Shown here: piece after piece, positions 1 through 8,128 of the stretch | How the letters are laid out: each line of letters opens with the position of its first letter | Position numbering within the stretch: the first letter of the stretch is position 1 | From: an uncultured Kiloniellaceae bacterium | Lineage (GTDB): Bacteria; Pseudomonadota; Alphaproteobacteria; Kiloniellales; Kiloniellaceae | Assembly: GCA_964503295.1 (NCBI GenBank) | Contig: CAZDBC010000001.1 | Coordinates: forward strand, 5,872-46,003 | Direction: 5' to 3' | DNA: 40,132 nt | Translations under genes and position numbers: made by a program | The notes under the pieces: generated by a model | What the model was told of the DNA's origin: nothing | Databases searched by the model: none | What the model saw: the letters and a program-made list of their open reading frames with translations, nothing else

Positions 1-3000
1 CGTTCGTCTTTGGCCAGCGTCCCGCTGGATCCACGACTCGCTCCCGCAGCAGCCGGGCGAAGATCCTGCGGGCGTCTTGGCGCGGGACTCCTAATTCCTC
101 GACGATCGTCTGTGTCCGGATACGGCCACGAGTGCGCGCTAACTCTTTCGCGCGTTGGTAAGAATCCGAATCTCCTTCCCCGGCGCTCTCGGTACCTTGA
201 TCTGGAGTTGGGGTGGCAAGCCGGAAGGGTGGCGGCGCGATGATGAGTTCGTCCTGTTCATTGGCCACCTGTTTCGGTTGCTGGTTCGCCTGTGCGCGGA
301 CGGCATCGTGGTATTCCAGGATGGCCGCCCGAGCCTGCTGTTCGGTTACGCCCGCCTGCTGAGCCAGCCACTCGCCGAGTCGGGTAATCTGTGCCCAGTC
401 GGATTTGTCGCGCTTGCGGGCTTTCGCGGCCGCGCCAAAGGCCTCCGCGCTGAGCTCGTCGCGGAAGAATACCTCGACCGGGTGGTGATGGCCCCTGAAA
501 ATTCGCCGCCGGCGCGAGGGAGGCGGGCTTGAAGTTTTTCCCGTCGCGGGCTCCGCGGCTGGCGTGGCCTCGTTTGTGGTGAGCCTCCGTTGAGTCGCCT
601 CTGCTTGGGCCTCGAACTGATCGACGGCGGCGTCGTAGATGAGTTCGATGTGCCCGCGAACCCATTCGCCGACTTCCGCTACCATGGCATCCGTGAACTT
701 CTGTATGCGGAGATAGCCTGCGCTGATCTTCCACGCGCCGACAGCTTTCAGGTCATCGAGTACTTCCCTGACCTGGTCGATCGAGATTTCGTTCGGCGTA
801 AACTCCCCGCGCGCGTCCAACCCAAACTCGCGCAGGCGATCCTTGAGCCGCGCGGCCGCTGCGCGGCCCTCGGTCTCGAGCTGCTCTCGCAGCGCTTCTG
901 CAATCTGCTGGTCGGTAGGAGCCGTTGGAGTGGGAGGAACCGTCGCTCCTGCCACTTCTTCGCTTCGTGTATCTTGCTTTTGCGCCTGGCGCGGGGCGAC
1001 ACTTGGCTTGGGCTGGCTGGCCACTGTGGATTCCGGGGGGGGGCCTTCATTGGATCCGCGTAACCCCCCTCCGGATCGGGTGGCTGGCCGCCCATTTGTC
1101 TTGCCGGTGGTCTTGCCGGTTCGTCCCGGCGGGACGAACTGGACTCCCGATTCGCCGTCCGGCGTGGCGGCATTTGCTGCCTGTTCGATCAACTCGCGCT
1201 TCGATGGCAGCGCCGTTTCTCCGAACATCGATTGCTGGAGTGGATGACCAAGCGCTTTTACGGCATCGACGTATGCGTTGAGAGCCTGGCCGACGCGCCT
1301 CGGCGCTGACCGGTGGCGGTCGAACACCTGGAGCCAGGCCTCCGCTTCGGGCGATAGCTCGCGTTCGAACATTGGCTGCTGCGCAAGGTAGCCAGCGACT
1401 GCCAGGCCGCGGCTGCGGAGGAACGCGTACTTTCGTGCGGCCGCCGCCACGTGCTGCGACGTGTCGAGATCGTGTAGGGCGCCGTCGCGGATGTCGGCCG
1501 ACATTTGCGCGAAACGTGGAGCTGCGCGCAGCATCCCCTCACTGACGTTGCGGGCGGAGTCCTCGCGGGACTCGGCTATCCGCTCGACTCCGGACGCGTC
1601 GCCGTAAGCGGCAGCGAAAATAGCGTTGCGTAGGCGCCGCTCACCGTCTTGCGAGAGCGTTCCGTCAGGCAGTTGAAATGCCCCGCGCTCTCCCGCCGGA
1701 ATCACGGCGTCGAAGAACTGCCGGACAAACTCCGCGTTCTCTGCCGTGCCGATCTCTCCTGTTTCGCTGGGCTTGAAGTCAGCCAGTGTTGCTGGTGACA
1801 GCTTGCGCGCATCGGAGGCTGCCACCTCGGCGGCGCTTCTACGTGCCACGACGTCCGTATTTGACTCATCGCTGAAGCGGGCCAGGTCTACTGGGCCGCT
1901 AAGGACTCGCCGTAGTGACGGCATCGACATGCCATTGAGTGCCTTTGGGTCGATGCCGTACTGGCTGGCGACGGCCGCCAGGTGCTTCCGGTATGCCTGC
2001 GCGCGCTCCGGATAGCGCTGGTACATCAGCCTCTGAGCGTTGGTGCGGCCATTCCCGCTGATTGTGACCTGCAGGCCATCCTCGGTCACTACGTCGACCG
2101 GCGCGCCAGAGTTGGAAACCTTTGGCTCCGTCGCCTGCTGCGGGTCGAATTCGCGGGCGATCTGCTCCACTTGGACCCGCGATGCCGCCCGGTCTCGTTG
2201 CCGGCCCTGGTATGCCTGCGGGTACAACGGGTTCTGCGCGCCGTTTAGATCGTGCGAAGTGACGACTTCCGCTAAGTCAGTCAGCACCCACTGCGCTTTC
2301 GCCCGCGTGCCCTGGGGCGTCGCGATTTCCTCCACCTTGCCCCGCTGCCCCTCCGGGTGATGGGTGGCCTGCGGCGCGTCGTAGACGCCCTCACTGGCTT
2401 CTTCGGGAAGCTCGATCCGGGCTTGCGCGTCGGCCCGCAAGTCGCCGGCGGTCTTACCCAGGTACTTGCCGAGCGAACTGAGCTGTCCGTTTTGCGCCAG
2501 GTCCGCGAAGACTCGACGCGCCGTCCTCATGTCGACGTTGAAGACTCTACGAATGCCCGCTGGGTTGATGCTCCCCTCTCGTTGCGCCAGGTCGAGCACC
2601 TTCTGCTTGAGCTCGGCCGCTGTGGCTGATTTGTCTGCCGTTCCCTCGCCAGCGCGGCTCGCCAGCGTGTACTGCGGCCACTTGCCTGACGTGTCCTTGA
2701 CCACCAGCTTGCGGCGCTCGAGATCGCCAAGGAGCCCGCGTGCCTCGATGTCGTTAAGGCCGAGGACTCTGGCAAGATCGCTCTTCAGTACCGGTCCTTC
2801 GGCTGCCAACATGTGATCTAGCGCTCCGCGGATCCACGCGGCCTCGGGCGCACGGCCTGTACCCTCATCAGTGGCGGCCGAGGGCGGTTGCGCCGTGGTT
2901 CCTCCTGGCGTTTGTGGGTGCGCCGCGGGAGGCTGCTTTACACGCGATTGTGACCACTTGCGGAATTGTTCCGGGTCAATGCCGTCGCGGCGCAGACGGG

Positions 3001-4639
3001 CGCGGCCCGCCCTGGTGCCGGCGAACTTCATCATGACGTCGAGCACCGCGCCAACGGCCCCGCCGCCCGTGAGGTCCATGACCAGGTCCCGGCCAATATC
3101 GCTTCGCGGGCGGCCGCCGTAGCTAGACTCCAGAACGTCCTGTCCTAATCCGCTCAGCGCCTCCTGCCCGCCTTCCTCCGCTGCCTGCGCCGCCGAGGAC
3201 TTAATGTAGTCGAGCCAGCGCGGGAACAGCTCTTTGCCGAACTTCGTCGCGTCGAGGGTCTTGTCAGCGACGACGCCGGCGCGCTTAAGATGGCCGAAGA
3301 GACGGCCAATCGGCAGGCCCTCGAGTGAACCGAGAGCCGCGCCGCCGGCGCCGATCGCGAGCTGTTGGGCATCCGTGAGATCTTGGCCGCTGTTCTCGGA
3401 ACGCGAGAGGGCCTCTTCGGTGCCCATCGCCACGCCTAGTGTTATCGGCCCGGCCGGGCCAGCGACGCCCGATGCTAGAAACGGCACGGTGGAAGACAGC
3501 ATTTCCGAAAACTGCCCGGGCCACGTCACGGGCGGAGGCGGCAGTGTCTCTCGCTCCCAGTCGGAGATGTCTTTGCGAAGTTGGCGGCCCTGCCGTTCGG
3601 CTGCCTGCTCGACGCCGCGTTCACGGGCGAGCATCGGCGACGCAAACGGATCACCAGCCGTGCTGAGCGGGATGCGCGAGAGGCCTTTGAGCGCTGCGAG
3701 CGTGGTCCCAGTGGCGCCCCTGGCGAGACCCCGCCCGATGTCCTGGAACAAATTCGGTGCATCGACCTCGACGATCGGGGCTCCGGTTGACGGCATACCC
3801 GGACGCACCAGGTCTTTGAGGGCCATATGGCCGGCAATCCGGCCCGCGTTGCGCTCGAAGACGCGAGCGCCGAAGTCGAGGCGTTCGCGGTTCTCTTCGT
3901 ATTCATCGGCCTCCGCGAGGTGAGCGGCCACATCCGCGTTGAACTGGTCGAGTTGAGATTGATAGGTAGAGAAAATCGGATCAGCGGGATTCGCGGTGAA
4001 GCTGCTGCCCGCGAATTTCGCGCCCGCCGCTTCGAGTGCGTCTTTCCGCTGCGCCAGCTCGGACGCTGATCTCTCCAGGCGCTCGCGGCGGGCCTGCAGG
4101 TCCTCTACCGTCGCCGCCAGGTCCTGTGCGCTTGGCACAGGGGCCACCGAGGCGAGAAACTCATCGAGGGCGTCGTGGTCTGTATCCTGCGCGCCTCCTG
4201 CTTTCTGCTTCGATGGTGATGGATCCGGAAGAGTGCGCTTCTGCCGGTGGGAGTTAACGAGGTTGACCGCGCGCTCAACGTCAGCCTCGGTTGCGCCGCC
4301 CACCGAGACGCCTTTGTAGGCCCGGAAGGCGGAGGGGATGTCTCCATTGTTCCTGGCCAGCAGTTTCCCGATGTACCTCACGCCGCCGTCGATATTCTGT
4401 TCCAGCTCTTCGCGGTCGATGCCCATCTCCTTGGCAGTGCCGCGCGTGAATTGGAACACGCCTCGGGCGCCAGTGGGAGAGGTCGCATCCTGGTGGAAGG
4501 AACTCTCGCTTTCGGCCAGCCCGAGCGCGATGGCGGGATCGACGTTGTAACGCTTCGCGGCATCGACGATCTTTGACCGCACGGGCGCGGTTTCATCGAT
4601 CGAGGCGAGAAACGAGTCGAGACGGTCCTGGCGTGGCAT
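1..4639 (-). CDS. Giant virion-associated protein, 3' end outside window (>1540 codons): N-terminal lytic transglycosylase (SLT), central ParB/Srx-like domain, repeated wHTH-like modules
   Basis: Absent from the ORF track because it has no stop inside the window. My manual reverse-complement translation from ATG 4639 (AGGA upstream) stays open to position 2. All listed minus ORFs in 1-4640 lie in the other two frames. The N-terminus 'LGLAESESSFHQDATSPTGARGVFQFTRGTAKEMG...SAFRAYKG' is an SLT signature. 'PVDVVTEDGLQVTISGNGRTNAQRL' (GNGR at 2045-2056) resembles the ParB GERRxRA box. Confidence 0.75.
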   Translation of the reverse strand, partial: MPRQDRLDSFLASIDETAPVRSKIVDAAKRYNVDPAIALGLAESESSFHQDATSPTGARGVFQFTRGTAKEMGIDREELEQNIDGGVRYIGKLLARNNGDIPSAFRAYKGVSVGGATEADVERAVNLVNSHRQKRTLPDPSPSKQKAGGAQDTDHDALDEFLASVAPVPSAQDLAATVEDLQARRERLERSASELAQRKDALEAAGAKFAGSSFTANPADPIFSTYQSQLDQFNADVAAHLAEADEYEENRERLDFGARVFERNAGRIAGHMALKDLVRPGMPSTGAPIVEVDAPNLFQDIGRGLARGATGTTLAALKGLSRIPLSTAGDPFASPMLARERGVEQAAERQGRQLRKDISDWERETLPPPPVTWPGQFSEMLSSTVPFLASGVAGPAGPITLGVAMGTEEALSRSENSGQDLTDAQQLAIGAGGAALGSLEGLPIGRLFGHLKRAGVVADKTLDATKFGKELFPRWLDYIKSSAAQAAEEGGQEALSGLGQDVLESSYGGRPRSDIGRDLVMDLTGGGAVGAVLDVMMKFAGTRAGRARLRRDGIDPEQFRKWSQSRVKQPPAAHPQTPGGTTAQPPSAATDEGTGRAPEAAWIRGALDHMLAAEGPVLKSDLARVLGLNDIEARGLLGDLERRKLVVKDTSGKWPQYTLASRAGEGTADKSATAAELKQKVLDLAQREGSINPAGIRRVFNVDMRTARRVFADLAQNGQLSSLGKYLGKTAGDLRADAQARIELPEEASEGVYDAPQATHHPEGQRGKVEEIATPQGTRAKAQWVLTDLAEVVTSHDLNGAQNPLYPQAYQGRQRDRAASRVQVEQIAREFDPQQATEPKVSNSGAPVDVVTEDGLQVTISGNGRTNAQRLMYQRYPERAQAYRKHLAAVASQYGIDPKALNGMSMPSLRRVLSGPVDLARFSDESNTDVVARRSAAEVAASDARKLSPATLADFKPSETGEIGTAENAEFVRQFFDAVIPAGERGAFQLPDGTLSQDGERRLRNAIFAAAYGDASGVERIAESREDSARNVSEGMLRAAPRFAQMSADIRDGALHDLDTSQHVAAAARKYAFLRSRGLAVAGYLAQQPMFERELSPEAEAWLQVFDRHRSAPRRVGQALNAYVDAVKALGHPLQQSMFGETALPSKRELIEQAANAATPDGESGVQFVPPGRTGKTTGKTNGRPATRSGGGLRGSNEGPPPESTVASQPKPSVAPRQAQKQDTRSEEVAGATVPPTPTAPTDQQIAEALREQLETEGRAAAARLKDRLREFGLDARGEFTPNEISIDQVREVLDDLKAVGAWKISAGYLRIQKFTDAMVAEVGEWVRGHIELIYDAAVDQFEAQAEATQRRLTTNEATPAAEPATGKTSSPPPSRRRRIFRGHHHPVEVFFRDELSAEAFGAAAKARKRDKSDWAQITRLGEWLAQQAGVTEQQARAAILEYHDAVRAQANQQPKQVANEQDELIIAPPPFRLATPTPDQGTESAGEGDSDSYQRAKELARTRGRIRTQTIVEELGVPRQDARRIFARLLRERVVDPAGRWPKTN

Positions 4640-4669
4640 TTGGTCCTAATCTTTGAAGCTTAATGAGTG

Positions 4670-6049
4670 CTATTGAATAACGCCGCTTTCGCGCGCTTTC
4701 GCGAGGGCTGCCTCGGGGTCGATCCCCAACTCGGCTGCGCGGCGCCGGAGAGCATCGGCGCTGAACTTCTGCTCGTGTATGGTGCGTCCTGTACGAGGAT
4801 CCACCTGACGCGGCTTTCTGCCACGTGTGGCCACCGGACGCACTTTTCCCGAGGCGCTATTTGAGTCGCGTCGATGTGTGGCGTGTTGTACGAGCGTCGC
4901 GCGCTCCTCTCGGAGCCTGGCCTGTTCGCCTCCGATCCGATTCACAGTGTCGATCGCGGACTGGAGGTCAATTTGATACTGTGTCCGCTCTTGCGGAGCC
5001 AACTCGACCTGCTTGTTGGCGCGCCGGTCGAAGCGCGTGCCGGCATCCAGGATGGCAGTGAGGCTCCGTACCTTTTGGGTCGGGGCCTCGAGTGCTTTGT
5101 CGAGCGTGCGCAACTCCGCGTCAATAGCCACGGCGGCCTTGGCGCGTTTCTCCTGCTCTTTCGCTGCCTCTGCCTCTGTTTTCTCGCTATCTTTCTGGGC
5201 CACGGCCTCCTCCATTTGTTGGCGTTTTGCGGCCCGCTCTTCCGCCGCCGCCCTCTCCGCCGGCGTCTTCGCCAACTCCGCCAGAGTGGTTCCCATGCCC
5301 TCGTGGTATTCGCCGCCTATCAGCGGCCGCATGACGCCACCGGTCAGTTCGTGGGCGGTGTCGAGTGTCTTCTGATCGCTGATAACAGGGGCGAGACGTC
5401 CGTACAGTTCCAGTGCGGCGTTAATCTTGTCCTGTTTCTTCTTCAGCTCGTCCTCGGCGGTCAGGACGAGGCTGTCGGCCTCGCGCAGCTGTTTTTTTAC
5501 TCCATTGAGATACTCCCAGGCGTTGACGTCGTACGTCGAGAGTGACTCCGCCTCTTCCGGCTTCATCCATTGATTGTCCACCGCCGTCTTCAGCGCGCTC
5601 GCCCAGCTTCGTTGGTCCCTGACGTCGTCGAGTAGGACCGCCAGCCGCTTCATGGTGTCCTTCTGATTCGCTAGCGCCTTCGCGTGGTTGTCGAGCGCCA
5701 TCTTTTCGCGCTCGAGCTCGGCGGTCTGCGCGGCGGAGTCCCCCGCCGTCCAGTGCGACTGCGCTTGCGCGGCCAGAGCCTTGTGGCCGGCCCCGACCAG
5801 GTTAGACAGCGTGCCATCCCGGTCAATATCGCCCGTGTCGGTGAACGCCGTCATGTCGCGCAGCGTCGCCACGTTCTTCGCCTGCCGGCGCGCCTCCTCC
5901 TCCTGCCGCCGTGCGGTAGCTACGTCGATGCCACGGAGCTCGCCAAGGCGGGCCATGTCCTGTAGCCTCATTACCTGGGCAGCGCCGCCGCCGATGTTCG
6001 CTGGCGCGGGTTCCCGCGCCATGAGCAGCAATCTGTGGTCAATCGGCAT
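4670..6049 (-). CDS. Coiled-coil internal virion / ejection-type protein (function by position only)
   Basis: 459-aa ORF, strongly helical and rich in A/E/K/R (e.g. 'EKTEAEAAKEQEKRAKAAVAIDAELRTLDKALE'). It occupies the P22 gp7/gp20/gp16 position, downstream of the tail genes. Confidence 0.6.
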   Translation of the reverse strand: MPIDHRLLLMAREPAPANIGGGAAQVMRLQDMARLGELRGIDVATARRQEEEARRQAKNVATLRDMTAFTDTGDIDRDGTLSNLVGAGHKALAAQAQSHWTAGDSAAQTAELEREKMALDNHAKALANQKDTMKRLAVLLDDVRDQRSWASALKTAVDNQWMKPEEAESLSTYDVNAWEYLNGVKKQLREADSLVLTAEDELKKKQDKINAALELYGRLAPVISDQKTLDTAHELTGGVMRPLIGGEYHEGMGTTLAELAKTPAERAAAEERAAKRQQMEEAVAQKDSEKTEAEAAKEQEKRAKAAVAIDAELRTLDKALEAPTQKVRSLTAILDAGTRFDRRANKQVELAPQERTQYQIDLQSAIDTVNRIGGEQARLREERATLVQHATHRRDSNSASGKVRPVATRGRKPRQVDPRTGRTIHEQKFSADALRRRAAELGIDPEAALAKARESGVIQ

Positions 6050-6059
6050 GTCAGTCCCC

Positions 6060-7106
6060 CTACACAGTCACGCCCACGGGCTTGGGCGTCCCGCCGGCTC
6101 CCATCTTCAGCAGATTCTTCAGCGAGAATCCGCCGTCGCCGAAGCCTCCCGCCAGGAGGGTGTCGCCCGCTCCGCCGATCGAATCGAGTAGACCGGTCCA
6201 GGCGTTTGCTTTCCCGATGTGCGTCCCGGCCTTGGCATTGCCTATTTGCTGTAGCAGGTCTGCCACTGTGCCCGCGCTGCCCATTTTGTTCGCCCCGGTC
6301 CAGTACGCCGCCTTCTGACCGGCGTCGGCTCGGTATCCCGCCGCATCCAGGTTCACATTCGCGTCGTAGCGCTCTCCATCGAGGCCGACGTCCGCGGCCG
6401 CCAGGGCCGCGCGCAGAGTGTTGTCGCCGGCGTTGCCGCCGTACCACATGCCAGCGTTGGCCTTCAGCTCGTCGGCTCGCGATCCCAGCCCCGCCATGTC
6501 GCTTAACATGCCGTGCCGTGCCAACTTCTGTTTCAGGAAGCGGTCGAAGGCGCTCTGGTACTCCTGTGACGCCGCGTCCTGGGAGTAACGGGTGAGGCCC
6601 TTGAGCGTGGCTCCGGAATTCAGCAGACCGCGCGCGGCGGCCGAACGCTCGATCGCCTTCTGCGCTTCGGCCTGGCGGAACGCATATCCCGGATCCGCCT
6701 CGAAGTCATCCATCGAGAACTTCTGCGAGAACTCCCCCTCGGGCGAAAGCAGATCCGCCAATTGACGGATGGCCCCAGCCCCCGCTTCCGAATACGGCGC
6801 TGCGCCTCCGGAAATCTGGTCGTAGATCTGCTTCAGCAGAGCGTTGGCGTCGCTGCCGGCGCCGGTGATGCTGTCTGCTGCCCCCTTGGCTGCGTCCTTG
6901 TACTGCTGGCCGTACTTGCCGGCCGCGTCGCTGACGTCCTGACTGGCCTTGTCCGCCGCATCGAGCACCTGCGCATTGACCTCGGGGGTCGTCGTCTCTA
7001 TCTTCGCGATCCCCTGTTTGGTTGCATCCTCGAGCGCTTTGCCGGCGTTCTTGACCGCGCTTCTGCTCTGCAATCCTTGGATGATTCCGGTGACTAGGCT
7101 AGGCAT
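6060..7106 (-). CDS. Gly/Ala-rich internal virion / ejection-type protein
   Basis: 348-aa ORF. The central motif 'DPGYAFRQAEAQKAIERSAAARGLLNSGATLKGLTRYSQDAASQEY' recurs, as I remember it, in podovirus internal proteins. The C-terminus is G/A-rich. Placement is consistent with an ejection protein. Confidence 0.55.
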   Translation of the reverse strand: MPSLVTGIIQGLQSRSAVKNAGKALEDATKQGIAKIETTTPEVNAQVLDAADKASQDVSDAAGKYGQQYKDAAKGAADSITGAGSDANALLKQIYDQISGGAAPYSEAGAGAIRQLADLLSPEGEFSQKFSMDDFEADPGYAFRQAEAQKAIERSAAARGLLNSGATLKGLTRYSQDAASQEYQSAFDRFLKQKLARHGMLSDMAGLGSRADELKANAGMWYGGNAGDNTLRAALAAADVGLDGERYDANVNLDAAGYRADAGQKAAYWTGANKMGSAGTVADLLQQIGNAKAGTHIGKANAWTGLLDSIGGAGDTLLAGGFGDGGFSLKNLLKMGAGGTPKPVGVTV

Positions 7107-7112
7107 CGTTCT

Positions 7113-7607
7113 CTACTCCTTACTGATTCCGAAGTGCATCACGTCCACAAGTTGGCCGTCTCGCAGAAACGCCGCGGGCTCCACGCCCCACAGCACCAGC
7201 CCGGCCCTCTGCGCCAGGCGCGCCGCCAGGCGGTTCGAGCGCGGCACGCTCGCCACTATCCGCCGGCATGTGCTCTGCTCGAACAGCCAGCGGATTCCCC
7301 CCGCGAGCGCTGGCGCCGTGTGCCCCCACGCCCTCGGTAGGAATGCGCAGTGCACCTCCCACCGCACCGCCGAGTGAGGCACGAACGGCAAAATCCCGAG
7401 CAACTCGCCGCGCGCCCGCGCGAGCACGTACCAGATTCGCGGATCGGCGTTGGGCGCGAACTCCTCCGCCGGCGGCGCCGTGTCGTCGCCCATGTGCCGG
7501 TAGAGCCGCGGGTGAGTCAGCACCTGCCGGATTAGCTCGATATCCCGCGTGCGCTCGAAGGTGAGGACGGCCGGATCAGGCTGCGATCGGGACACAGCCT
7601 TTCTCAT
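7113..7607 (-). CDS. GNAT-fold N-acetyltransferase-like protein
   Basis: 164 aa. The C-terminal half 'RRIVASVPRSNRLAARLAQRAGLVLWGVEP...DVMHFGISK' fits the GNAT motif A / beta-bulge pattern seen in RimJ/RimL-like proteins. Confidence 0.55.
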   Translation of the reverse strand: MRKAVSRSQPDPAVLTFERTRDIELIRQVLTHPRLYRHMGDDTAPPAEEFAPNADPRIWYVLARARGELLGILPFVPHSAVRWEVHCAFLPRAWGHTAPALAGGIRWLFEQSTCRRIVASVPRSNRLAARLAQRAGLVLWGVEPAAFLRDGQLVDVMHFGISKE

Positions 7608-7767
7608 CGTTCTTACTCAGCGCGCGACACATCGTGGTCATCACGAACTTCGACGAGGCCACTGTGTCGATCAGCTCGAAGCCGTCCGCCGCCAGGCGGT
7701 TCAGACGCTCGGCGTGTACGCCGGCGTGAACTTCTAGTTCCGTGCTGCTGACAATCCGATACTCCAT
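7576..7767 (-). CDS. Small protein, DUF4177-like
   Basis: I take internal ATG 7767 of track ORF 7576..7935, because the upstream gene ends at 7772. 'MEYRIVSSTELE...LNRLAADGFELIDTV' resembles the DUF4177 pattern. Confidence 0.4.
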   Translation of the reverse strand: MEYRIVSSTELEVHAGVHAERLNRLAADGFELIDTVASSKFVMTTMCRALSKNDEKGCVPIAA

Positions 7768-7771
7768 GTCC

Positions 7772-8128
7772 TCATGTCCCTTCTTCGAATTCGGGCGCCA
7801 TGTGCGGCAACGAGGCCCGCACCATGACCAACAGACCGACGGCCGCCCGCCAGAAGTCCGCTTGGTTGTCGGTTTTGACCGCTTCGGCGATGCGCTCGAG
7901 CGCCAAGTCGCGCCGATCCGGCACGTCACGCCCATCGATCAGGGTCTGCCTGATCGCTTGCCACTGACCTTCCGGCGCTGCTACCGTCAGCGATTGCAAG
8001 TCGCTTTGCAGCTCAGTAAGTGCCTGCTTATGGGCGGCCTCCACCAGCATTCGCGTCACGTCGCCTGGGTTCTTCCCCTCCGCTGCTGCCGCCGTGAGCG
8101 TAGCGGCCAATGCTTCGTCAAGTGTCAT
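7772..8128 (-). CDS. Hypothetical protein (118 aa)
   Basis: The ORF start overlaps the fibre gene stop by 4 nt (8125-8128). Composition is helical. No motif recognised. Confidence 0.5.
   Translation of the reverse strand: MTLDEALAATLTAAAAEGKNPGDVTRMLVEAAHKQALTELQSDLQSLTVAAPEGQWQAIRQTLIDGRDVPDRRDLALERIAEAVKTDNQADFWRAAVGLLVMVRASLPHMAPEFEEGT

Noticed and set aside
155-4596. Many 60-230-aa ORFs on both strands listed in the track for 1-4640 (e.g. 3234..3923, 3526..3933, 258..734, 748..1173)
   Set aside because: All lie in frames other than the single long open minus frame that starts at 4639 and carries SLT and ParB-like motifs. Their Arg/Pro/Ala-rich composition marks them as shadow ORFs.
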